A stretch of 64,000 nucleotides of DNA from an uncultured Verrucomicrobiae bacterium (GTDB lineage Bacteria > Verrucomicrobiota > Verrucomicrobiia > Chthoniobacterales > JAFAMB01): NCBI GenBank assembly GCA_963813025.1, contig CAWEXO010000002.1:64001-128000 (forward strand). Direction: 5' to 3'. Shown piece after piece: positions 1-10,858 of this stretch. The position numbers were made by a program, and so were the translations under genes. Position 1 is the first letter of the stretch, and every line of letters begins with the position of its first letter. The notes under the pieces are model-generated. The model was not told the DNA's origin and did not search any database. It saw nothing but the letters and a program-made list of their open reading frames with translations.

Positions 1-115
1 CGCATTGTGCGACTCGCGTTCTGTCGGACTCGTTTAGCTGCTGACTTCGTATTTGCCATAATCCGGGAAAGAGAATTCGGAAAGTACCGCAAGACGGCAG
101 AGTGTCAACCCGCGG

Positions 116-580
116 CTATGAATCATGTCCGGACTGGGCGCTCTTAGCCGGGCGGTTCAGCAGCGCCTGGAAAACCCGTTTGGGCAAGCTCCGACCGTTC
201 TCCTCGTTCTGGACTTCCTCCACTGCACTGCGCTTCGCCTCTTCCCAAACCGCGGGAAAGCCAGGCGAACTCGTGACCATCCACCGTTCGGCCCGAGCAA
301 AGATCTCCAGTTCACGCTGGAGCCGGCGATCAGGCGCCTGATTCAAATTGGCGACTTTGACCCGGAGATTCTCGTTTTGCTGTCGAAGCTCTGACAGGTC
401 CTGCCGGAGCCGGCCGGTGGCCTCTGATTCGAGTTCAAGCTTTTCCGACAGATGACGTTTCAAGCGCCCGATCTCGCGGCTTGCTTCCCAGAGACGCAGC
501 AGAACAAAAACAATAATAATCAGACCCAGGATGCCGCCGAGTATCAGCCCCCAGGCAAATTGATGATGCGAAAAATCCAC
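116..580 (-). CDS. Hypothetical membrane-anchored coiled-coil protein
   Basis: 154-aa ORF with an N-terminal TM helix (WGLILGGILGLIIIVFVLL) followed by a coiled-coil-like segment. Confidence 0.7.
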   Translation of the reverse strand: MDFSHHQFAWGLILGGILGLIIIVFVLLRLWEASREIGRLKRHLSEKLELESEATGRLRQDLSELRQQNENLRVKVANLNQAPDRRLQRELEIFARAERWMVTSSPGFPAVWEEAKRSAVEEVQNEENGRSLPKRVFQALLNRPAKSAQSGHDS

Positions 581-630
581 AGAGAGACCTTACAACGAAG
601 GCCGCTCCGGGGAAAGGCGGAACAGCGCGT

Positions 631-794
631 CTTGGAATGCGTGCGACTTGTCGCCGCTTTGGAGATAGCGCGGAGCGCCCCTCGACCGAGCAGGGCACCA
701 CGATGTTGCCGAGTTCTCAGGCGCAAAAGACCGGTTTGCTGACCCTAGCGCTCCGCGCAGTCCGAAAGCGACGACAAGTCGCACGCACTCCAAA
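631..794. repeat. REP-like inverted pair
   Basis: ttggaatgcgtgcgacttgtcgccgcttt (632-660) is nearly the reverse complement of aaagcgacgacaagtcgcacgcactccaa (765-793). Confidence 0.75.
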
Positions 795-893
795 ATGTTC
801 CGTCTCGGGGACTTGCAAGCCAGGTCAAGTGTTCTACTATTTTCATCCTTCCTAGTGCACCGTCTCTCATATAATGATGCCATCGCCGCAGGT

Positions 894-1097
894 CAGTTGG
901 CTGTTTTCAAGGCGCGAGCGAAACACCCATATCTGAATCATACGGGTCGAGCGAGCAACGCCGAAAAACAGCCAACTGGCCGCGGCCCAAAGGGTTGCGT
1001 TGAAAATGGGCCGCCGGCTGCGTTGCTCGTCGGTTACGTATCGATTTAGATATGCGCCCTCCTCGTGCCTTTGCCGGCGGCCCATTTTGAACGCAAC
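894..1097. repeat. Two related hairpin elements in opposite orientation
   Basis: IR cagttggctgtttt (894-907)/aaaacagccaactg (965-978); IR 994-1018/1073-1097 (24 of 25 match); shared internal core gcgttgctcg...cgtat..att.agatatg...ctcg.gcctt. Confidence 0.7.
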
Positions 1098-1136
1098 GAT
1101 GACACCACTATGAGAGACGGTGCACTAGATCTTCAC

Positions 1137-1208
1137 GCCAGGGTAGCTCAGTGGTAGAGCAGGGGACTCATAAGCCCTTGGTCGGGAGTTCAACTCTCCC
1201 CCCTGGCA
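1137..1208 (+). tRNA. tRNA with CAT anticodon (elongator Met or Ile2; not initiator)
   Basis: GCCAGGG/CCCTGGC acceptor stem, D-arm AGCTCAGTGGTAGAGC, loop CTCATAA, T-arm GGGAGTTCAACTCTCC; paired G1-C72 argues against fMet. Confidence 0.93.
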
Positions 1209-1356
1209 CTCTGTAACGCGCCGTCGGGACGCCGAACGAAAATGCTCGCACGGAACAGCTCAACGCAGAGTAGGATTTCGCGATGGGGTTCCCTCGGCAA
1301 CACCGGAACGGCACGAGATCGTTGCACTGATCAAAAAATGCTCACCAGTTCGAAAT

Positions 1357-2574
1357 TTGGAATTTGAATTGAAAACCAAACGTACGGTTGCGCTCCTGCA
1401 TTACACCTCATGGCCTTCGATTGGCGGCGTCGAAACTATTCTGCGGCAACAATCGGAGTTGCTGGCGGCTGACGGGTTCACCGTCCAGTTGCTGGTCGGA
1501 GCGGGCGCAGCTTTTTCCAACTTAATCGAGATGTGCGCTATGGCCGAGTTGAACGGACCCGATCCCGCGGTGGCGGCCGCTCAGCAGGAGGCGTTAAAAG
1601 GCCGGCCAGGACCAGCTTTCCGGGCGGTGAGGGAACTGCTTCGCCGCCGATTGGAACCGATTTTTTCAGAGTGCTCCTCGATCATCGTTCATAATTATTT
1701 CACGATGCCTTTTAACCTGGCGGCGACGCACGTCCTGAGTGACTTCGCGCGCGAGGGTTTTCCGATTGTCGCCTGGACTCATGATCTCGCGGCGCTCAAT
1801 GCGGACTATGTCGTTCCACGCAACCCAGTCTGTGACCTTCTCCGGCAGAAGCTGCCTGGAGTTGTGTATGTCGCGATTTCGGAGCTGCGCGCGCGCGAGT
1901 TTGAAATCCTGACCGGCAAAGCGCCTGATCTGGTTATCCCCAACGGAGTTGACCTTGCCCGGCTTGCCGGTCTACCTCCCGAGCTGGAAAAGCGCTTGGA
2001 TGCGATCTGGGGTGAAACTCTGATCCTGTTCTATCCGACCCGCATCGTACCGCGCAAAAACATCGAACTGGCAATTAAAATCGTGGCGGACTTGATCAAA
2101 CAGGGACAATCAACCCGGCTGATTATCTCGGGAGCCGCTAACATCATCAGTCCGCCGAACCAGCCTTATCTCCGCGAACTCAAGTCCTTGGCGGACGAGT
2201 GCGGTTTGGCGAGACAAGTCATCTGGGCCAACGAATACTGCGTGGTGGACGACCAATGTCTCCGAGCGCTTTACCTCGCGTCCGACGCCCTGCTCTTCAC
2301 CAGCAGACAGGAAGGTTTTGGCTTGCCGCTGACTGAGGCCCCTTTTCTTCGGCTTCCGGTCTTTTGTTCAGACATTGAACCGCTGCGAACAATCGCTGGC
2401 GGCAGCGCGACTGTGTTTGACCTGAACGCTTCGCCCGAAAATATTGCAAAAATGATTCGCGGTACGCTGGACAGAGACGAGCTTTTTACCAAACGAAGAA
2501 AGCTCCTTCGGCAGTACTCAGCGAGACAACTCTATTCGGACCGCCTCAAACCTCTGCTTTACAGTAAACGATGA
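1357..2574 (+). CDS. Glycosyltransferase family 4 (GT-B)
   Basis: GGVE N-terminal motif, IPNGVD, RIVPRKNIE and SRQEGFGLPLTEA GT4 signature; overlaps the glgB start. Confidence 0.85.
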   Translation: MEFELKTKRTVALLHYTSWPSIGGVETILRQQSELLAADGFTVQLLVGAGAAFSNLIEMCAMAELNGPDPAVAAAQQEALKGRPGPAFRAVRELLRRRLEPIFSECSSIIVHNYFTMPFNLAATHVLSDFAREGFPIVAWTHDLAALNADYVVPRNPVCDLLRQKLPGVVYVAISELRAREFEILTGKAPDLVIPNGVDLARLAGLPPELEKRLDAIWGETLILFYPTRIVPRKNIELAIKIVADLIKQGQSTRLIISGAANIISPPNQPYLRELKSLADECGLARQVIWANEYCVVDDQCLRALYLASDALLFTSRQEGFGLPLTEAPFLRLPVFCSDIEPLRTIAGGSATVFDLNASPENIAKMIRGTLDRDELFTKRRKLLRQYSARQLYSDRLKPLLYSKR

Positions 2575-4771
2575 CTATCTACCCCCACGACCTCCACCGG
2601 CTCTTGCAAGCTGAACACGACGATCCTTTTGGCATTCTTGGAATGCATCAGGTCGATCAACACCTCGTCGTCCGCGTGTTCCGACCGGATGCCAAGGCGG
2701 TAACGGTACTGGATCGGCACGGTCCGGAACGCCGGTTTTCCGCCGATCGCGTAGCCGAAGAAGGATTTTTCGAGGCGCAGATCGGTAGCACGCAACGGTT
2801 CGATTACCTGCTGGAAGTAGTTACGTGGTCGGGCGAGACAACCCGGATCAGCGACCCCTATTCTTACGGTCCGATCCTCGGCGAATTGGACATGCACCTG
2901 TATTGTGAAGGCAACCACTTTGAAATTTACGAAAAACTCGGAGCACATCTCTGTGAGATCAACGGCCATCGCGGGGTCTCATTCGCCGTCTGGGCGCCCA
3001 ATGCGCAGCGGGTGAGCGTGGTCAGCGATTTCAATGGCTGGGACGGCCGCGTGCATCCGATGCGCAAACGGCGTCGAATCAGGCATCTGGGAGATCTTCG
3101 TTCCCGGCGTGCAAGAAGGCGCGCACTACAAATTCGAAGTCAGAAACGCCCAAGGCCACGTCGTTCTTAAGAGCGACCCGTTCGCTTTCTTTGGCCAGCA
3201 CGGTCTGGAGACAGCTTCCATGGTCTATGATCTGGAACGGTTCACATGGACGGACTATACCTGGATCGAGGCGCGCAAGCACAAAACCTGGTACAAGGAG
3301 CCGATCAGCATCTATGAGGTACACCTTGGGTCCTGGGCGCGCGTCCCAGAGGAGAACAACCGTTATCTCAGCTACCTCGAATTAGCGGATCGATTGATTC
3401 CCTACGTCAAATCTCTCGGGCTACACTCACATCGAGCTGATGCCGGTGGCCGAGCATCCGTTTGACGGCTCCTGGGGATACCAAGTCACCGGCTATTACG
3501 CTCCGACCAGCCGGTTCGGAAATCCCGGATGAGTTCCGGCATTTCGTGGATCGTTGCCACCAGAATGCGATCGGCGTCATCATGGATTGGGTGCCCGGAC
3601 ATTTCCCGAAAGACGCGCACGGATTGGCGGAATTCGACGGAACCCATCTTTACGAACACGCCGATCCGCGGAAGGGCGAACACCGGGATTGGGGCACCCT
3701 GATCTTCAATTACGGCCGGAACGAAGTGCGTAATTTCCTGATCGCAAACGGGCTGTTCTGGATCGACAAGTACCACATCGACGGGCTGCGCGTCGATGCG
3801 GTGGCATCAATGCTGTACTTCGGATTACTCGCGCCGGCCCGGGGAGTGGATTCCCAATGTGCATGGCGGCCGCGAAAACCTTGAGGCGATCTATTTCATG
3901 AAGCGCTTCAACGAGGTTTGCTACGAGCGTTTTCCGGGAATTATGACCATCGCGGAGGAATCAACCGCCTGGCCGGGCGTATCCCGACCGACCTACCTCG
4001 GCGGCCTCGGGTTCGGTTTCAAGTGGAACATGGGGTGGATGCACGACTTTTTGCGATACATGTCGCTGGACCCGGTTTTCCGCCGATATCATCAAGGTGA
4101 CATCACGTTCTCGCTGCTGTATGCCTTTCAGGAGCATTTTATCCTGGTTCTTAGCCACGACGAAGTTGTTCATGGGAAAGGGTCGTTGATGGGAAAAATG
4201 CCGGGCGACGGCTGGCAGAAGTTCGCGAATCTCCGGATGTTCTTTGGCTGGATGTATGCTCACCCCGGCAAGAAGCTGCTGTTTATGGGCGGCGAGTTTG
4301 GCCAGGGAAAAGAGTGGAACCACGATCAGAGTCTTGACTGGCATTTGCTGCAGGATCCGTTGCACGACGGTCTGCGGCGGCTCGTCCAGCATCTCAATCA
4401 TATTTATCGAAACGAACCCGCGTTTTCCGAACTGGATGACGGCTATGAGGGCTTTGAGTGGATCGATTTCCACGACTGCAGACAACAGCGTGGTCGCCTT
4501 CATGCGCAAGGCTCAGTCTGGACCACCGGTTGTGTTAGTGGTTAACGCGACGCCTGTTCCGCGAGGGGCGTATCGTGTCGGGGTTCCGGGCGAGGGCTGG
4601 TACGAAGAGATCCTCAATACTGACGCCCAGACCTACGGAGGCAGCAACGTCGGCAACTATGGCGGCGTACATGCCGATAGCATAGGGTGGCAAGGACAGA
4701 GCCACTCGATCTGCATCACCTTGCCGCCATTGGCCACTGTGGCGCTGAAGGGGCACGCGTATGATCGGTAG
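2571..4771 (+). CDS. glgB: 1,4-alpha-glucan branching enzyme, split by several single-base frameshifts
   Basis: Consecutive ORF pieces carry [56 protein letters not shown]; breaks near 3070, 3420, 3515, 3820 and 4480. Confidence 0.92.
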
Positions 4772-4790
4772 AAGGAAGGAAGATTAAAAA

Positions 4791-4873
4791 ACCACAGATT
4801 TCACGGATTAGCACGGATCAAAGTAAGCGCCGGAATGCCTGATGAGGTCGAATCGTTGTCTTCCAAAATCTGC
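4791..4873. repeat. Truncated copy of the REP-like element at 7380-7621
   Basis: accacagatttcacggattagca and ccggaatgcctgatgag..gaatcgttgtcttccaaaatctgcg both recur at 7380-7600. Confidence 0.85.
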
Positions 4874-4993
4874 GGTCAGAATCCGGACACCCACTGACAC
4901 TCGAATTGACCACTGATCGAAAGGAGGCCGCATAATGTCGTTCCACCGACTGGAGAAGCTATTCAACGATGTCGACTCTCTGGAAGGCGATAA

Positions 4994-5974
4994 ATGGCCG
5001 GGCTGGACCGCAAGCGGGTGGTCGTTCTCGACGGCGGCTACGAATCCTACGACAACGAGCAGCGGGTTCTCGCTCCGCTCGATGTCGATGTCATTGTCGA
5101 TCCGTGTCACGGGGATCCCGCCCGAGTCAAGGTAGCAACCGCCGAAGCAGACGCAGTTCTGGTACGCGAATCGCCGATTGACGCGGAGGCGATTGCCTGT
5201 ATGCGGCGCTGCCGGATAATCGCGCGCTACGGAATTGGGGTGGACAATGTCGATCTCGCCGCCGCGCAGGGGCGAGGCATTTTCGTATCCAATGTCCCCG
5301 ATTACGGCACGGAGGAAGTAAGCGACCACGCCCTCGCTCTACTGATCTCGGTGCTACGGCGGACCGTGACGCGAGACGCCGCGGTGCGCGCCGGTGCTTA
5401 GAACGTGTCTCCTGGCGAAAAGATGTACCGCATCGCCGGCCGTGCGCTGGGGCTCGTCGGTTACGGTCGTATCGCGCAGGCGTTGGAACGTAAAATGCGC
5501 GGATTAGGTGTTGCGCGGGTGCTCGTCTATGACCCGCTACTCGCACCCAGCGCTTTAGCTGGCGTCGAGAGTGTCGACCTCAACTCGCTTTGTCGGCGGA
5601 GTGATTTCATCTCATTGCACGCGCCGCTCACCCGAGACAGCTCGCACATCATTAATTCCACGCGCCTCGCGCTGATGAAGCCTACCGCGATTCTCGTCAA
5701 CACAGCACGCGGGGGGCTCATCGACGAGACGGCCTTAGTCGAGGCGCTGCGCAGCAGACGGATTTTCGGAGCGGGTATCGACGTGTTCGAACACGAGCCG
5801 CCAGGCCAAGATCACCCGTTGTTAGCGTTGGACAACGTGGTCCTGTCCGATCATACGGCGTGGTACTCGGAGGAATCAGCGGCCGAGTTGCAGACCAAGG
5901 CCGCCGAAGAAGTTGCGAGGGTTTTGCAGGGTGAACCGCCCAGGCACTGGGTTAACCGCTGGACCAGAGCCTAG
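4994..5974 (+). pseudogene. D-2-hydroxyacid dehydrogenase (SerA/CtBP-like) with in-frame TAG
   Basis: RYGIGVDNVD, NVPDYG, GLVGYGRIA, VNTARGGLID and DVFEHEP motifs; TAG at 5399-5401 where Trp is expected, and the frame continues in register. Confidence 0.75.
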
Positions 5975-6099
5975 CGCTCCAACCCGCTGCGGTTCGGTCG
6001 TTCGGTCATGCCCGCGAGAGTGTCAGATATCCAAGACTCATATTCAAACGCACCAAGGCTACACATTGAGTCGACTGTATCGAGCCCTGACACGATCAG

Positions 6100-7350
6100 T
6101 CAGGCTGCGGAAACAGTCTCCGCTTTCTTGTGCTCGATGTATCCGTAGACCTCGGGCAGGATGAAGTGTGCCGCAAGGAAACCAGCGAGCGAAAACAGAG
6201 AAACCAACGCCGTGGCCAGCGGAATACCAAGATGTTCGAACACCACCGGGAAGAGAAATATTGTGAGAAAGTTCGGCAGCTTGACGAATGTGTAGCCGAA
6301 TCCTGAGGCGGTTGCCTTGTACCGGGAGGGTGCGACCATCGAACAGAGGGTCATCCCGTTTGAGGCAGACCAGTAGTGGAACCACATGAGGGTCGCCGCG
6401 GCCACGGGTACCATGGGCTTCCAGCCCAGGTACAGGAACAATGCCGCGGCGAGCAGCGAAACGAAAGTACCTCCGAAGCCCCATTGGGAGATCCCGCGAT
6501 GGCCCAATCTGGGCGTGATGACCGGGCCGATGAACCCGCTGATCGTGGCGATGATATAGATGCCGGCGGTGAGGAAGTTGGTGCCGGCAATCCCGGTGAC
6601 ACCGGTGAGCAACAAGATGACCGGAAGGTAGAACCCGAACGCGGAGAACTCGACACCCTGCATCGCGTTGGAGATCCAGGCGAAGAGGCTGACCCTCTTG
6701 CGGATCGGATCCTTCCAGATGTCGGCCAGAAGTCGCGGGTGCGTGGCCGATTGATGCGGTAGTCCTCGTCGGGCAGCATGTCCAGCGAGTCGTTCGAACA
6801 TGTCCTTGGCGACCTTCTTGGCCTGCTTAAACTTGCCTGCCTGGATCAGCGAAAGGGCCGTGTCCGGGACATCGAGCCGCATGATCAGGAGAATCAGCGC
6901 GGGAATCGCACCCAAGGCAAGGCCGAGCGCCATAGCAGGCTGTGATCCATGCCGCTCAGGTACATGATCGTGACGGTTATGATGCACGCAACCTCGCCGA
7001 GGCCGAACATGCCCTGCCAGCGGTTGCCCATGACCTCGCGCTTGCCCTTGGGCATCGACTCCATGATGTAAGTGTAGCCAGTGGCGATGTCGCTCCCCAA
7101 TGGGATCCCAAGCAGAAAACGGATGATCACCAGGTCCCACATGTTCCTGGCGAATGCCTGCACGACCGCCAGCACCGCGAACGACGCCATGGTGGTGAGG
7201 AACACCTTGCGCCGTCCCAGGCGGTCGGCCGCCCAGCCGCCGATCATCGCACCGATTAGCGCCCCCAGCTGAACCGAAGCAGAGGTAAGGTCGAGCAATG
7301 CTGCATCGGGCTTGAACTCGTTTTTGACGAAAATCAGCAGGAAGGCCGGT
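6100..7350 (-). pseudogene. MFS sugar/organic-acid transporter, 5'-truncated and frameshifted
   Basis: Motif A GWAADRLGRRKV, IRFLLGIPLGSD and ESMPKGKR; frame breaks near 6930 and 6730-6790; no clear start before the repeat at 7380. Confidence 0.75.
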
Positions 7351-7379
7351 GAATGATGGCGGACGGTGGTTAACTCGCG

Positions 7380-7621
7380 ACCACAGATTTCACGGATTAG
7401 CAGAGATTAAAAGTGAGCCGAAATGGGTCTGTTGGACTTTGGGTAATCTGTAGCGCGCCATCCAGGGCCAAAGACGCGTTGGGACAAGTCTCTAACCTCG
7501 CTTTTGAACGATACCTCGATTGTGCGCGCTACAAATTACCCAATGTCCGACAGGCCCGGAATGCCTGATGAGCCGAATCGTTGTCTTCCAAAAATCTGCG
7601 CTAATCTGTGAAATCGGTGGT
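7380..7621. repeat. Composite REP-like element with terminal IR and nested hairpin
   Basis: Outer IR accacagatttcacggattagc / gctaatctgtgaaatcggtggt; inner imperfect IR 7425-7458 / 7524-7557. Confidence 0.8.
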
Positions 7622-7623
7622 TT

Positions 7624-8970
7624 TCATTCCTGCTGAATCTGCTTTGCCACCTCAGACTCAACCTTTCCATCCGCCAGTCGCGTGCGAATAAGTTGTCCCG
7701 GGCTCAACGCGGCGGCAGAGGTGATCACCTGATCTCTCTGATCGGTGGTGATGGAATAGCCGCGATCCAGGGTCTGCTGCGGCCCGAGCAATTGGACCAG
7801 CTGCTCGGCCCGTGCCGCTCTCGTCTTCAGCTGTGCCAGGGAGATGTTGGCCGCTTGCCGAAGGCGTGCAGCACAGACAAGAACTTCATGCCGCCGGTCC
7901 TGGACCAGCTTCGACGGCTTGTAGGCGGCCAGCACGGAACGCATTCGCGCCAGGTGCATCCGTACCTCTCCCAGCCTTGCCCCAAGTAGCGCGGCTAACC
8001 GCGTCTCACGTTGATCCACGCTTTGCTGTCGCTCTAAAAAAATCCGCTGCGGTTCGCGCAGAAATTCGTTGACCGTCAGCTGCCGCAAACGCAGCCGCTT
8101 CACCTCGAGGCCTTGTTGAACGCACCGAACCAGCCTCTCACGTCTGGCGGACAGGTGTTGCGCAAGCGCCCGATAGTCAGGGGCGATGAGTTCAGCGGCG
8201 GCACTGGGCGTCGGAGCGCGCAGGTCAGCAACGAAATCGGCGATGGCGAAATCAATCTCGTGACCTACCGCGGAGACAACGGGAATAGCCGAGCCCGCAA
8301 TCGCCCGGGCCAGAACTTCTTCGTTGAATTCCCACAGATCTTCGAGGCTGCCTCCGCCGCGCCCAACGATCATCACATCGATTTGCCGAGCGCGGGCTTG
8401 TTCGTTCACTCGTTGGATCATCAGAGCGATCTCCTGGGCTGCGCCGGCGCCCTGCACCCGCACTGGACAGATCAAGATGCGCAGCCAGGGACTCCGGCGC
8501 TGCAGGATATTCAACATGTCTTGCAGCGCCGCGCCGGAGGGCGAGGTAACGATGGCTATTTTTCGAGGGAATCGGGGCAGGGTTCGTTTCCGGGAGGCTT
8601 CAAAAAGGCCTTCGGCCTCCAGCTTCCGCTTCAACGCTTCAAATTTAGCCTGCAAGGCTCCTTGCCCGCGTTGTTGGACAAGTTGCACCGTCATTTGGTA
8701 TTGGCCGCGAGCCTCGTAGACTGTGATCGGTCCGAACACCTGGACGTGCATACCATCGGCCAACTGGACCTTGGACTGCGCCCCGTAGGATCGGGCAAAC
8801 ATCACACAGGACAATTGAGCGCGTTGATCTTTTAACGTGAAATATTGATGGCCAGAGGACTGCTTGCGGAAATTGGAGACTTCGCCTTCTACCCAGACCG
8901 ATCCAATCCTGGTTTCCAGTATTTCGCGCAAACGGCGAGTCAGTTCAGTGACAGTGAGGACAGAAGTCAC
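7624..8970 (-). CDS. xseA: Exodeoxyribonuclease VII large subunit
   Basis: VWVEGEVSNF, SGHQYFTLKD, GRGGGSLEDLWEFNEE, SAVGHEID, APTPSAAAE; GTG start at 8970 chosen by homology. Confidence 0.95.
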   Translation of the reverse strand: MTSVLTVTELTRRLREILETRIGSVWVEGEVSNFRKQSSGHQYFTLKDQRAQLSCVMFARSYGAQSKVQLADGMHVQVFGPITVYEARGQYQMTVQLVQQRGQGALQAKFEALKRKLEAEGLFEASRKRTLPRFPRKIAIVTSPSGAALQDMLNILQRRSPWLRILICPVRVQGAGAAQEIALMIQRVNEQARARQIDVMIVGRGGGSLEDLWEFNEEVLARAIAGSAIPVVSAVGHEIDFAIADFVADLRAPTPSAAAELIAPDYRALAQHLSARRERLVRCVQQGLEVKRLRLRQLTVNEFLREPQRIFLERQQSVDQRETRLAALLGARLGEVRMHLARMRSVLAAYKPSKLVQDRRHEVLVCAARLRQAANISLAQLKTRAARAEQLVQLLGPQQTLDRGYSITTDQRDQVITSAAALSPGQLIRTRLADGKVESEVAKQIQQE

Positions 8971-9155
8971 GCACTCATCGTAGCATGAAATGACCGATGA
9001 CCAACGACCGATAGCTTTGCAACCGGCGCGGGCGTGGGTCAGGCTATCGGTCATCGGCTATTGGTATTGACTATCGGTCACCGGCTGGCATTTGTCTGCC
9101 CCCTTGTGTAGATTTGTAGATTCCATTTCTCTAGCTAGCCAGGCCTCAAAAAATC

Positions 9156-9374
9156 ATGCAAAAACTAAGTAAGCTTGATTCCGCCGAACCGGTTGATGAG
9201 ATCCCGTTAGCTCATCCTGAAATCGTGCGCCTTTATCAGCGAGACGTTGATGTCACCCTGATCAAAGAAAATCTGAAGCTGACACCAGCGGAGCGCCTGC
9301 AGAAGCTCGAAGAGTTTGTTTCCTTTCTATCCGAACTCCGCGCAAACAGGAAACCCCCGGCGCCCAATGAATAA
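9156..9374 (+). CDS. Small protein, putative antitoxin-like partner of the downstream nucleotidyltransferase
   Basis: 72 aa with DVDVTLIKENLKLTPAERL; overlaps the next start by 8 nt. Confidence 0.65.
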   Translation: MQKLSKLDSAEPVDEIPLAHPEIVRLYQRDVDVTLIKENLKLTPAERLQKLEEFVSFLSELRANRKPPAPNE

Positions 9375-9864
9375 TCGGTTCTTCCGCCTCTTGTCGATTC
9401 TGGTAGCGGGAGAGGTTGAATTTGTCTTGGTGGGCGGCGTCGCCGCGAATCTTTTAGGCTCGGCCAAGGCTACCTTCGACATTGATATTGTATACGCGCG
9501 GAATCCCGATAATTTCCGGCGGCTCGCGGCTGCTCTAGCCAGCAGTCACCCTTACCTTCGCGGAGCGCCTCCAGGTCTGCCCTTTCGACTTGACGAGCAG
9601 ACGCTCCGAAACGGATTGAATTTCACTTTGACCACCGACTTAGGAGATCTCGATCTGCTAGGGTCAGTGCCAGGGATAGACGATTTTGAAGAGCTCCGTG
9701 CGGGATCGGATGCGATTCAATTAGGCGACATTGGATTTCGTTCGGCAAATGTCGAAAGCTTGATCGCTATGAAGAACGCTGCTGGGCGGCCTAAAGATCT
9801 CGAGGCGCTTGCTGAGCTAAAATCGATTCGTGAACAGCGCCATCGCGGCGATCGAGCGAAATGA
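9367..9864 (+). CDS. Pol-beta-superfamily nucleotidyltransferase
   Basis: FVLVGGVA...ATFDIDI (GG...DxD) plus C-terminal LIAMKNAAGRPKD. Confidence 0.8.
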   Translation: MNNRFFRLLSILVAGEVEFVLVGGVAANLLGSAKATFDIDIVYARNPDNFRRLAAALASSHPYLRGAPPGLPFRLDEQTLRNGLNFTLTTDLGDLDLLGSVPGIDDFEELRAGSDAIQLGDIGFRSANVESLIAMKNAAGRPKDLEALAELKSIREQRHRGDRAK

Positions 9865-10019
9865 CTGGTGCCAAATGGCGTTGCGGTGCCTGTGCCAGTG
9901 CCAGTTTACGGCCAACGTTAGTCATCGGCTATTGGCTATCGGTCATCGTCCGCACGTCCCGCATTTCGCACTACCATTCTCGTCCTTCCCTGGGCTAACT
10001 TCCGTGAGCCCTTTCACGT

Positions 10020-10661
10020 ATGAAACAGCTTTGCCGATCGCTTCTCCTCATATTGGGCCTGGCACACTGCCTGACAGCTCACGGACAATTTACAGATGAA
10101 CCAAAGCAGTACAGCTATCAAATGGTAACTAATTTCAAGGACGGCCGCTCCGGGACAATGAGGCTCTACGTCGATGGCGACAAGCGGCGGGTGGAGACAG
10201 AAGTAGGTGCTCGTCCGATGATCCTGATCTACCGCGGTGACCAGGGAAAATCGTACGTCATTCTACCGGAGCAGAAAAGCTATATGGAGACGCCTTTGAA
10301 TCCGCAGGTTCTCCAGCGGTTTAAAAATCCCCGGGAAAGGATCAAACAGCGCGGCGGGTCTTTTCAGAAAGCCGGCGTCGAAGAGGTCAATGGCCAGATT
10401 TGTGACAAGTACGCCTGGAACTATACTCGTCCGTCTTCGGGAGTTGGTCACGCCCCGGCTGTTCCGAAACTCCCCTCTCCCTCCGACGTTCGCACCGCCC
10501 CAATTTCGGGCACAACCTGGATCAGCCAGAGAACCCACCTTCCGGTGAAATCTGAAACAGATCGTTTTACGATGGAAACCAGAAACGTGAAGCTCGGTTC
10601 GCCGGATCCTTCGCTCTTCGAGCCGCCCGCTGACTACAAGAAAGTTGGTGCCCCCGATTGA
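10020..10661 (+). CDS. Secreted DUF4412-like protein
   Basis: Signal peptide; KSYVILPEQKSYME, GVEEVNGQICDKY and C-terminal PDPSLFEPPADY. Confidence 0.7.
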   Translation: MKQLCRSLLLILGLAHCLTAHGQFTDEPKQYSYQMVTNFKDGRSGTMRLYVDGDKRRVETEVGARPMILIYRGDQGKSYVILPEQKSYMETPLNPQVLQRFKNPRERIKQRGGSFQKAGVEEVNGQICDKYAWNYTRPSSGVGHAPAVPKLPSPSDVRTAPISGTTWISQRTHLPVKSETDRFTMETRNVKLGSPDPSLFEPPADYKKVGAPD

Positions 10662-10718
10662 GGCTCGGGCACTCCAGGACACGCAGTGAATCGGCTTAGT
10701 TTCCGTATCCGCCGAAGC

Positions 10719-10793
10719 TGGTGCGCGATGCAGGGTTCGAACCTGCGGCCCCTTGCGTGTGAAGCAAGTGCTCTACCACTGAGCTAATCGCGC
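10719..10793 (-). tRNA. tRNA-Val(CAC)
   Basis: Reverse complement GCGCGATTAGCTCAGTGGTAGAGCACTTGCTTCACACGCAAGGGGCCGCAGGTTCGAACCCTGCATCGCGCACCA with encoded CCA. Confidence 0.97.
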
Positions 10794-10858
10794 ATCTGCC
10801 GCAAGTAGACTACTGATAGGCAAAGTCGCTCGGTTCGCAATCGAAACGTCGGAGAGAA

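Noticed and set aside
4838..4870. CTGATGAG motif (also near 7565) as a hammerhead ribozyme core
   Set aside because: No properly placed GAAA after a stem II and no supporting stems I and III.
5399..5401. In-frame TAG as amber recoding or pyrrolysine
   Set aside because: It sits at an expected Trp (TGG to TAG) in a decaying islet, TAG is used as a normal stop elsewhere in the window, and no pyl genes are seen.
10719..10793. tRNA-Val (or the tRNA at 1137) as the attachment site of the nearby islands
   Set aside because: No duplicated tRNA 3' end and no integrase were found; the island boundaries map to other repeats.
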